Source: a virus
DNA length: 64,000 nucleotides
IMG/VR virus record: IMGVR_UViG_3300027708_000019
Strand: one strand, 5' to 3'
In this document: piece by piece, positions 9,900 through 18,420 of the stretch
Layout: every line of letters starts with the position of its first letter
Position numbering within the stretch: position 1 is the stretch's first letter
Notes under the pieces: model-generated
What the model was told of the DNA's origin: nothing
The model's input: only the letters and a program-made list of their open reading frames with translations
Databases searched by the model: none
Made by a program: the position numbers and the translations under genes

Positions 9900-11215
9900 T
9901 ATACACCCTTGACTACAATATACAAAGAGCTGTCAGCACTTACCTTTTTGGAACTATAATAACAAAATGTCATATTTTCTTTAAATTTTGCTGGTGTTCC
10001 AGCAGCCATCATAAAACTGTAAAGGTAAGATATTAAATTAGCAAATCTGTCTTTTGTTAATTTATCTGCTTTGTCAAATATTGCTTCAGCTTGTTTATAA
10101 TCTTTTAATGTATTTGATAATCTTGGGAATTTACCAAACATCTGTTTCAACTCAGTTTTTGCTTTAGTATAATCTTGAGATGTTACACCAACACCACTTC
10201 TTACATTATACTGATAATTTTTTTGTACATGTGGTCCATATTGTTTAGCATCAACAGCACCAAGTTGATAACCTGCGCCAATAAATCTACCTTCTAATGA
10301 TACATTCAATGTTGTTGCGGATGCTTTAAAACCACATCTAACAGCAAAACCAGATTTTGTTTGAACAATAAAATTAGCAAAAGTATCTGATAAATCTACT
10401 TTAGAAAATGACATATCATATTCTAATTGCTGAGACATAGCATTTGCTGGATCAACAATCTCAACTTTCGCAGATTGATTTGATTCAACTTGCTTCAAAG
10501 AGATTGGAATTAAATCTTTCTTTTTGTATGCTGCAGCAATACCATTATTTAATTCTTCAATAGACTTGGCAGCAATTAACTTTTTCATATCAAAAGTTTT
10601 TTTAATCATCCACACATCAGCAGGATTCCAGTTGTCGTTTGCTTTACCAGAAAGTTTTCTTCCAACTGTATATAAATCTTTTGTCAAATCTTGCGCTTGT
10701 CTCTCGTAAGTATAACCCTTACCAGCTTTCAAAAACTTTTTCAACTCATTAACTTGTTTTACTGCACTCTCATAATACAAACTATCGTAATATGTTTTCT
10801 TTGCGCCAAGTTTATCGCGAATAGTGTCCTCTGATAACATTTTATTGTTTTCAAACACACTCTCAAAAAGATACATACTAACAAGTTCTTTAATCTCAGT
10901 AAGTTTACCTGTATCACTTTTTGCATTTTCACTAAAATGATTAAATGCAGTATTGATAGAACTCTCTGAACCTTTAATTAGAATTACTTTATTCTTCTCA
11001 TCTTTAACATACAGTGTCGCAGATCCAGCAGCCAACTCAATAACTGTTGAAATGTCTTTTGTTTTTGCTGATTTTGTAATGGAGAATACAGACTCGCCAA
11101 GTTTATACTTTTGAGCAGTAAACTTGCTACCAATCGCAGCAGATATTTTGCTTGCGTCTTTTAGGACAATTTTATGCCCTTCTCCGTATTTTGTGCTTCC
11201 TGCAATCGATGCCAT
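9899..11215 (-). CDS. Putative PD-(D/E)xK restriction-endonuclease-fold nuclease
   Basis: E in TEIKEL helix, WNPADVW, and IPISLKQ (PD...SxK variant). Confidence 0.5.
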   Translation of the reverse strand: MASIAGSTKYGEGHKIVLKDASKISAAIGSKFTAQKYKLGESVFSITKSAKTKDISTVIELAAGSATLYVKDEKNKVILIKGSESSINTAFNHFSENAKSDTGKLTEIKELVSMYLFESVFENNKMLSEDTIRDKLGAKKTYYDSLYYESAVKQVNELKKFLKAGKGYTYERQAQDLTKDLYTVGRKLSGKANDNWNPADVWMIKKTFDMKKLIAAKSIEELNNGIAAAYKKKDLIPISLKQVESNQSAKVEIVDPANAMSQQLEYDMSFSKVDLSDTFANFIVQTKSGFAVRCGFKASATTLNVSLEGRFIGAGYQLGAVDAKQYGPHVQKNYQYNVRSGVGVTSQDYTKAKTELKQMFGKFPRLSNTLKDYKQAEAIFDKADKLTKDRFANLISYLYSFMMAAGTPAKFKENMTFCYYSSKKVSADSSLYIVVKGV

Positions 11216-11232
11216 AGATATTCCAGTAAAAA

Positions 11233-11907
11233 TTACTGAATATTTAGGTATTCGGCACGCTGTTGATATTTTCTATCCCAGCGTAGGATTTCCTTGTAGA
11301 GATACTTGAGAGGATAGTCAAATCCGTCAAACGACTTCTTGATTGCCTTCAATGTAGGTGAGTAGCGTCCTATGCGTTTAGCACGGAGCATTTCGTGAAC
11401 TGGTTTTTTGAGATTAACTGATCTCATTTCCATAAGAATACAGTGAGAATATGCTTGTATCTCACACCAAGCAGCATAGTATTCTCTATCCTCTTGTTTG
11501 TCTGGGTCGTTGCTTTCTCTATGTAGCAACACAAACTCATACTCATTTTCATGGAAAGACCACTGCATGTGGTGAATATACTCATGCATCATGGTGATAA
11601 TAATTTCAAATTTGAACTTGTCCCATTCTGCGTTGGTGAAGATTCGTGGACGAACTGTAAAGACTTGAATCTTTTCTTCGTCAAAGGCAAACTCGCCTGA
11701 TACAGTAAAGTCCGAATTTTTGGATCTTTCTGTATACAGGGTTGTTTTATAGTAGCGTGCTAGATAACGCTTCAGATTGATTCCGAGATAGTCATCTCGG
11801 TATTTGTCCAACTTGCGCCACAGCTGTGATGGAACAAGTTTGGGCAAATCTACATTCAACAGTTCGGTAAAATTACCATTATAATTGCTTAAGAATTGCC
11901 CTTTCAT
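11233..11907 (-). CDS. Zincin-like HExxH metalloprotein
   Basis: MMHEYIHHMQ plus downstream YY...EIQAY. Confidence 0.55.
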   Translation of the reverse strand: MKGQFLSNYNGNFTELLNVDLPKLVPSQLWRKLDKYRDDYLGINLKRYLARYYKTTLYTERSKNSDFTVSGEFAFDEEKIQVFTVRPRIFTNAEWDKFKFEIIITMMHEYIHHMQWSFHENEYEFVLLHRESNDPDKQEDREYYAAWCEIQAYSHCILMEMRSVNLKKPVHEMLRAKRIGRYSPTLKAIKKSFDGFDYPLKYLYKEILRWDRKYQQRAEYLNIQ

Positions 11908-11927
11908 TTTCTGTCTCCTAAAGCATT

Positions 11928-11956
11928 ATTATACTATAAAATACAGGAAATGTCAA
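11928..11956 (-). promoter_or_regulatory. Consensus sigma70 promoter
   Basis: TTGACA-17bp-TATAAT. Confidence 0.75.
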
Positions 11957-11957
11957 G

Positions 11958-13307
11958 CTACCCGAAGAACTCGTCCAGTCCTTGGGTTGTTGGTGCTTCG
12001 AAATGTTCATCGAACATATTTCTTGCATTTCTGGGGATATTTGGATCATAATTCGACTTCGTCTTGAGTTCGTTTAGGAAACCTGTAGTTCTACCCATAG
12101 CCAAGTCGATGTAGTGCTGAGCAACTACTTTTCGATCAAATTGTTTAATCAATTCGTAGTTATTTAGCTGAATCTGTCTGTAGTCTTGTTCGCGCATGAA
12201 ACAATAGTTAGCGATCGCTTCGCCATATTCTTTTGGTGTAAAATCCTTTTTGAGCATACAGTAGTTAACACCTGCCTTCAAAACAGTTCCCATACCCTCA
12301 TCGTTGTTGGAAACCCCATAATTTACAGCGATGGGCACAGTCCCGATGCGCATAGCATCAATGACAACCCTATTGAAATGCTCACCAAAAGTGTTAGACC
12401 AGCTAGGATCAACAAGAAATTTAGAAGTTGCCAAAATTTCGTCACGTTTTGCTCCAGAAATAAAACCAAGATATTGAAAATTGCCTGAATTTTCAGCATT
12501 CTCCCAAATACGTTTACCTTCTCTATCTGGTGTAACATCTGGATCATACTGAGAAGTCGCAAAATATTCTTCTTTACATTTATCTTTGGACATCATATAT
12601 GCTGCTTCAATACCATATCCACCAACCAGTGTTTTTACATCTTTCATGTAAGGAACAGCACGAACCAAATCATCGACACGTTTCCAACGCTTAAATGTTT
12701 GGATAGATAAAATCTTATTTTCACGCTGATTGAATGGTGGTGTTTCAGGAATACCAGCAATGTCTTGTGGGTTTAAAATCAAGGCACGTGGTACGTCCAT
12801 AAAATCAGCTGAGTCATATGCTGCTGGATGTACACAAGCCAAACCAGCAAAGTGTTTCTCAAACAAAACAATCCAAGGATATAACTTTTTAAGATTAGCA
12901 TCATGAATAATTGGAACCTGCTTTGATGTAATTTGTTCAATCATCGGCAGCCATTCTAGATACTGCTCAGTGTCTTTATTTTTAAAACCAAAAATAGACT
13001 GCCAAATAACCAAGTCGTGTTTGTTAGCATCTTCAACAAACTGATCAATAGACTCTTTAACTTTATACGAATAGTATGGAGCAATCCAGCCATCGCCTTG
13101 ATGAACAGGATAACCTGTACCGATACCAATTTCGTAGCCTTCTTTTAACTCAGAAGGAATTTCAACTGGCTTCACTTGTTTATTTGGTTTAAGATAAGCA
13201 AATGTTACCTCATGACCAATTTCTTTCAATCCTGCTACGAGATGTTCACAGTGATTGATAATACCTCCAAAGTTGTTGAAGGTGTGCATTACCATCATAA
13301 TCTTCAT
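11958..13307 (-). CDS. GT-B fold glycosyltransferase (GT4-like), probably DNA-modifying
   Basis: N-terminal MKIMMVMH...GGIINH, KRWKRVDDL, DPSW...EHFNRVVIDAM motifs; close to the TET gene; C-terminus LDEFFG. Confidence 0.8.
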   Translation of the reverse strand: MKIMMVMHTFNNFGGIINHCEHLVAGLKEIGHEVTFAYLKPNKQVKPVEIPSELKEGYEIGIGTGYPVHQGDGWIAPYYSYKVKESIDQFVEDANKHDLVIWQSIFGFKNKDTEQYLEWLPMIEQITSKQVPIIHDANLKKLYPWIVLFEKHFAGLACVHPAAYDSADFMDVPRALILNPQDIAGIPETPPFNQRENKILSIQTFKRWKRVDDLVRAVPYMKDVKTLVGGYGIEAAYMMSKDKCKEEYFATSQYDPDVTPDREGKRIWENAENSGNFQYLGFISGAKRDEILATSKFLVDPSWSNTFGEHFNRVVIDAMRIGTVPIAVNYGVSNNDEGMGTVLKAGVNYCMLKKDFTPKEYGEAIANYCFMREQDYRQIQLNNYELIKQFDRKVVAQHYIDLAMGRTTGFLNELKTKSNYDPNIPRNARNMFDEHFEAPTTQGLDEFFG

Positions 13308-13489
13308 AGTGTTTTCCTTAGTTCATAACTTTTATGTTGTTGTTCAAGCCACTCTTGTGCTTCTATTTCGCTGTCAAAATATGGACTCACCAAATTACGA
13401 TAAGTTCTATTGATCCAAAAATAAGTATAGGTGTGCATACCAACGTCCCTATACTTAATTAGTTCCATGCCATCAAGTCCAGAGTCCAT
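13304..13489 (-). CDS. Hypothetical protein
   Basis: Overlaps both neighbours; SPYFDSExEAxEW motif. Confidence 0.5.
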   Translation of the reverse strand: MDSGLDGMELIKYRDVGMHTYTYFWINRTYRNLVSPYFDSEIEAQEWLEQQHKSYELRKTL

Positions 13490-14321
13490 GGCGCACCTTG
13501 ATAAGTCGTATCATCATTTCTTCGTCTTCAGTCTCATACGCTTGTTCAATTTTATGACACTCATCAAGCATTTTAGAAACTCTTTCTTTTTCTTCTGGTG
13601 TTTTTTCTTCACGACCCATAAAGCCATATGGTTCGCCATCTTCATCGCGATCGTTTCTACGCTCATCGCAGTAAGCAGACCATCCTGATGCTTCGTGAGG
13701 ATCAACACGTTTTGGTCTTTCAATTGTCCACCAATTATATAGATCTAGAATTTCTTGTGCTTTAATTGCTTGGTGAGTTGGTTTACCATAATCAGGACTA
13801 TCTTTCTCTACCCACTGTTCATCATGAACCAACTTACGTTGCCATTCTAAATTAGCAAGACCACATTCAGGTTTGCGCCATGTGCGCCAGCGGAACCATC
13901 CCCAAGCCCACCATGGTGCAACAAATTTCTTACGAGCATCTTCATCCCATGCTACATGCCACCATGCTAATTCAATTTCAACAAAATCGACAAGTTCATT
14001 AAACAAACAAGGAAGAAACCTATTACCCACGTCACACCAACTACCAGGACTGATATCACGAGCATGGGCAGTAAGAGAATGAGTGCGAGTAACAAATCTA
14101 TTGTTAATATAATATTTGAGAGCATAAAGTTTGTCCACTGGATAAAAGATTGTTTTTTGAATAATATCAAGTCCTTCTTCTGCCAACCAGTAGCGGAAAG
14201 GATGTGACTTTTTTGCTTGCTTGTTCCATTTGTGCCAACCTTCGCTGGTTTCAGCAGTTGGTTTCATTGTGCCACGAAGCCAGTCGGCAAACTTAGAACA
14301 TGTCCAATAATTGTTTCTCAT
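13473..14321 (-). CDS. Trp-rich hypothetical protein
   Basis: 282-aa ORF with a GGAG SD and its own sigma70 promoter. Confidence 0.7.
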   Translation of the reverse strand: MRNNYWTCSKFADWLRGTMKPTAETSEGWHKWNKQAKKSHPFRYWLAEEGLDIIQKTIFYPVDKLYALKYYINNRFVTRTHSLTAHARDISPGSWCDVGNRFLPCLFNELVDFVEIELAWWHVAWDEDARKKFVAPWWAWGWFRWRTWRKPECGLANLEWQRKLVHDEQWVEKDSPDYGKPTHQAIKAQEILDLYNWWTIERPKRVDPHEASGWSAYCDERRNDRDEDGEPYGFMGREEKTPEEKERVSKMLDECHKIEQAYETEDEEMMIRLIKVRHGLWT

Positions 14322-14338
14322 AATTACTCCAAAAGTAT

Positions 14339-14367
14339 ATTATACTATGTATTTGAGTTTTTGTCAA
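14339..14367 (-). promoter_or_regulatory. Consensus sigma70 promoter
   Basis: TTGACA-17bp-TATAAT. Confidence 0.75.
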
Positions 14368-15686
14368 GCAAAGAATTCATCTAAGTCAGCGTTATTTGCT
14401 GCTGGGTGATACTTAGCAACCATCGCATCGCCATTTGGTTGTTTACGAAGATAGTCATACCATTCTTCATCATCCCACATTCCTGGACTTACGCCATTCC
14501 AAAGTTTCTTCCACAACTTATGTTCTTTATTTAGACGACGTGATTCAACATACTCATAACGAGCATTCTCATATTCCCAACTACCAAGTTGCATCATATT
14601 TTCACGAAGATAAACAACAAGAGAAATACGCTCTGAACCTTCTTCACAAACAATCGGTGTGTTACCATGGATGACTTCATGATTGTTTACCAATAACAAA
14701 TCTCCTGGACGAACATTAACAGCAGTGCGAATCTCTGGGAAAATTAAATAACCACCTGTATATTTACCATCATTAGACAATGTCAACAGATTAGACATAC
14801 CTTCAGTAAAATCACCAGCATCACGATGAGCAGCTGTACGGAATGTTTTATTAACTGTTACTGTAGTAAATGGTGTTGCCTCAATAACAAATTTCTGATC
14901 AATCTTATCAGTTGCTGTTTTCTGATTAGCATAACGCTGTGGTAGTAGTGTTTTAAAACCACGTGCCAATGATTGTAGAAATGGATATGCCATTCTAAAC
15001 TTCTCAGGATTATCTCGAGTATAAGTTGTCGCACGACCAAAAGGAATTCTAGGATAACGATCAAACCAACCTGCGATACCAGAATCAACTGGATTACCAT
15101 AAGATGTTTCACTAATCATAGTCATAACTTCTTCTGTTGCTTTCGCACGTTCTTCTGGATTGAGTTTGATGATTGAATCAACCCACTCATCGAAATTAAA
15201 CTTGTTACGGAAACGTGAGATAACCCAAACATTATTTTTACCAGAACCCAATGCTTTCAAACGTGATTCTTGCGTTGGATACTTTTCTCTAATTGTGGTA
15301 ATAACATCATCATCAGACAATCGAGCAAAACGAGCAGACAGCAACTCACTAATCATTTCTTCTTGATAGTTAGTAACCCACTCACGTCCTTCGCCTGTGA
15401 CAGAAGTTCCTGCTTTGATACCAGAAGCAAGTCCACGATTTTCAGTACGAACTGCTGCTTCACGCAATCCAACATATGCTTGTTCCTGTTCTTCTTTGGT
15501 GAAGAAGTTCTTACGGAATTTAAAAGCGATCTTTGCTTCGCTGTGTGGATTGTCGTCTTCATGATCAGGTGGCAAATAGAAATCAGTATCTTCCTCAACC
15601 AAAAGATCATAATGAGATTCATCTACGAACATACCAAGTAAATGTTCTGAATCGTGAATTTTATCTGCTACAATAATTTTTGTCAT
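14364..15686 (-). CDS. TET/JBP-family 2OG-Fe(II) 5-methylpyrimidine dioxygenase
   Basis: PFTTVTVNKTFRTAAHRDAGD (HxD), GGYLIFPE, HGNTPI (distal His), ERISLVVYLRE (RxS); C-terminus LDEFFA. Confidence 0.85.
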   Translation of the reverse strand: MTKIIVADKIHDSEHLLGMFVDESHYDLLVEEDTDFYLPPDHEDDNPHSEAKIAFKFRKNFFTKEEQEQAYVGLREAAVRTENRGLASGIKAGTSVTGEGREWVTNYQEEMISELLSARFARLSDDDVITTIREKYPTQESRLKALGSGKNNVWVISRFRNKFNFDEWVDSIIKLNPEERAKATEEVMTMISETSYGNPVDSGIAGWFDRYPRIPFGRATTYTRDNPEKFRMAYPFLQSLARGFKTLLPQRYANQKTATDKIDQKFVIEATPFTTVTVNKTFRTAAHRDAGDFTEGMSNLLTLSNDGKYTGGYLIFPEIRTAVNVRPGDLLLVNNHEVIHGNTPIVCEEGSERISLVVYLRENMMQLGSWEYENARYEYVESRRLNKEHKLWKKLWNGVSPGMWDDEEWYDYLRKQPNGDAMVAKYHPAANNADLDEFFA

Positions 15687-17077
15687 ACCTTAAATCCCTC
15701 AAAATTGTTTTCTTTCATTCTTTTGCCAAACTTAGACTGATCAAACAAAGGTGTGTCATCATCAACAGTTCCCTGTCCTGCGATATTCATTTGAGCACTC
15801 ATCTCAACATCATACAATCTCATTTGCTTTCTATCAATACCAATAACAAAACGCTTGAAATAATTTGGATCTGAATAACGATTCTTCAACTGTTTTACCA
15901 TAACCTGATTCATCTGATCCAACTCTTCAGTCGCAATTAACGCAACCATCAAATCAGCAGTTGCTGGCAAACCAAACGATTCTGAAGTATCCTCAAGTCC
16001 TGGATCTGTGTTAGCATATCCAGAACGAGTCGTTTGTGTTGCGGAAACAATTGGCACTTTATATTCACCAGCCAAACCACGCAACTCTTCAGCAATCGAC
16101 TTAATATATGTATAAGAGTTTACATTGGCTCCCATACGAATTCTTTGAGAAGAACAAATGTTCAAGTAATCAATGTAAATAATATCTGGTTTGAAATTAC
16201 GTTTCATCTTAAGTTCTTCAATCAATGCTCGGAAATGACCAGAATGAGCAGAAGAAGTTGGATATTCTTTAACAATGAATTTACCTTGTGTTTTGTTACG
16301 GACTTTCTCAAGTCTAGCATCAAATACACGTTTCTCAACCATAGGAATTGATTCAATTGACAACTCAAGTAAGTTCGCATCAATACGCTCAGCAATCTTT
16401 TCTTCAGCCATCTCCATAGTTATGTATAATACATTTTTACCAGTCAACAAATTAGCAGCAGCAAAATGACACATCGCCAAAGATTTACCAACACCTGTAC
16501 CTGCCAAAATAATGTTGAGGGTTTTCTTACTCAAACCACCATTCGTGATTTTGTTAAGGATCTCCAAGTCGAAAGGAATTTTCTCTTCAACTCTGTGATA
16601 AAAATCATACCTCGCATCTGAGTCATCAAGATAGTCATGTCCAACATGTGAGTCGAATGTGACACCCAACGCTTTAGACAATAAATCTGGGATCGCATCT
16701 TGTGTTCTAATCTTATCTTTACCATCAATAATTTTAATTGAATCGATAATCGCATTATAAACAGCCTTGTCTTTACAAAACTTTTCAGTAGAAGTTGTGA
16801 TCCAATCAATGTGAGTTTTCTCAGAATTGGTTGAATCGAGAATCTCATTCGCAAGTCTAACTTGATCTTCAGTTACATCGGTGCGATTTGAGATTTCAAT
16901 TTTCAATACATCTTTTGTTGGTGCTTCATTATATGTGACAAAGAATTTTGTTATCTCTTCAAAAACTACTCTGTCAGTTCTATCGGTAAAATATTCTGGC
17001 TGAAGGAAAGGCATAACCTTTCTTGAATATTCTTCATGACACAATAAATTACCGAAGATTTGGTCTTCAATTCGCAT
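15683..17077 (-). CDS. 41: Replicative DNA helicase gp41 (DnaB-like)
   Basis: AGTGVGKS, YITMEM, DYLNI, SATQTTR, LKNRY. Confidence 0.97.
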   Translation of the reverse strand: MRIEDQIFGNLLCHEEYSRKVMPFLQPEYFTDRTDRVVFEEITKFFVTYNEAPTKDVLKIEISNRTDVTEDQVRLANEILDSTNSEKTHIDWITTSTEKFCKDKAVYNAIIDSIKIIDGKDKIRTQDAIPDLLSKALGVTFDSHVGHDYLDDSDARYDFYHRVEEKIPFDLEILNKITNGGLSKKTLNIILAGTGVGKSLAMCHFAAANLLTGKNVLYITMEMAEEKIAERIDANLLELSIESIPMVEKRVFDARLEKVRNKTQGKFIVKEYPTSSAHSGHFRALIEELKMKRNFKPDIIYIDYLNICSSQRIRMGANVNSYTYIKSIAEELRGLAGEYKVPIVSATQTTRSGYANTDPGLEDTSESFGLPATADLMVALIATEELDQMNQVMVKQLKNRYSDPNYFKRFVIGIDRKQMRLYDVEMSAQMNIAGQGTVDDDTPLFDQSKFGKRMKENNFEGFKV

Positions 17078-18122
17078 CTACTTCTTCCTCTATCTCTTGT
17101 GGGGTATCTTCTTCACTACCATAATTATACTTGCTTTTGCAGTATTTGTCAAGTTGTTTCAAGATATCTTCGGAGAAAAATTCAGAAGGATTATTTGCGA
17201 TATTTTTGCCGAACACTTTACGTCCATCGTGGACTTCAATTCGACCACCTTGGGATTTCCAAATTCCTGCCTCAATCGCAAGATCAGCAAGTCCGTGGTA
17301 TCGGTCAAGACCTTTGGTAAATGAAAGTTTAGTTTCGACCATGGATTTCTCGCGAGTGAAGCGAGATTTTTCCAGTTTACATTTTATAATATTACCAACC
17401 ACTTCGGTGCCGTCTTTATCTTGCGATTTTGACAGAAACACAATAGTAGATGCTGCGTACTTAAGACCATCGCCACCACCCATAGTTTTCGTTGGCATAT
17501 ACGCACCAACAACAGCATAGGTATGATTAGTAACAACCATAGCAACATCCAACTTTGATAGTTTCAATGATAGAACACGAAATGCTCCACGAATTAACTG
17601 AGCACGTGTCATATCACGAGTATCTTTACCTTCAAGTGTATCTTCCATCTCTTTAGAAGTTGAGAGCATACCCAATGAATCAAGAAAGAACATCAATGGT
17701 GGACGATCTTTCTTTGGTGTTTTTTCATAAGCATCTAAAACTTTAGTAGCTTGAGTGCGGAATTCTTGAATCGTAGAAACAGGAACAATCATGAAACGCT
17801 TGGTATCAATACCACGATCAACCAACATATCTTTGTTCAGTGCTCCTTCTGTTTCAAAGTATATAACTCCAGCCTGTTCATTAGTTCGTAGAAAATTGTT
17901 CGCAATGCCAATAGCATAAAATGTTTTTCCTGTGGAAGACTCACCAGCCAGAGCTGTAACTTTGTTGCCAGGAAGACCACCATAGATGCTACCGCTGACA
18001 AGAGCATTAAGGGAATAAGAACCAGTGTCGATAAAACTACTAGTATCACCAACCACACCATCATCAGCAAGTCCCGCATATTCATTATCAAGTTCCTTTA
18101 CGATATTCTTTAAAAAACTCAT
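17067..18122 (-). CDS. uvsX: UvsX RecA-like recombinase
   Basis: GESSTGKT, FLDSLGML, DMTRA, MGGG. Confidence 0.95.
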   Translation of the reverse strand: MSFLKNIVKELDNEYAGLADDGVVGDTSSFIDTGSYSLNALVSGSIYGGLPGNKVTALAGESSTGKTFYAIGIANNFLRTNEQAGVIYFETEGALNKDMLVDRGIDTKRFMIVPVSTIQEFRTQATKVLDAYEKTPKKDRPPLMFFLDSLGMLSTSKEMEDTLEGKDTRDMTRAQLIRGAFRVLSLKLSKLDVAMVVTNHTYAVVGAYMPTKTMGGGDGLKYAASTIVFLSKSQDKDGTEVVGNIIKCKLEKSRFTREKSMVETKLSFTKGLDRYHGLADLAIEAGIWKSQGGRIEVHDGRKVFGKNIANNPSEFFSEDILKQLDKYCKSKYNYGSEEDTPQEIEEEVDAN

Positions 18123-18367
18123 TCTTGTGTCTCCTTATTTGGTACCAATTTAACTTCAGCAGTAATCATCTGTAAATATTCAGCGATGCATACTAAACAG
18201 TAGTGTTCATCCTCAATCCCAAACTCTGGCATGTTTACACGAATCGTGTATTCACCAATCTCACCATGTTTATCACAAACAACTTTTGGTGGTGTCTTGA
18301 GATCAATTTCTTCTGTTTTTACATCTTTAAATTTGACATCTTGGATGTCTGGAAATTCTTGTGTCAT
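18119..18367 (-). CDS. Small Zn-ribbon-like hypothetical protein
   Basis: CDKHG...CLVC. Confidence 0.6.
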   Translation of the reverse strand: MTQEFPDIQDVKFKDVKTEEIDLKTPPKVVCDKHGEIGEYTIRVNMPEFGIEDEHYCLVCIAEYLQMITAEVKLVPNKETQE

Positions 18368-18420
18368 ATTAAACTCCTTATTTCAGTATTATACTATATT
18401 CCGTATTAAAAATCAAATAA

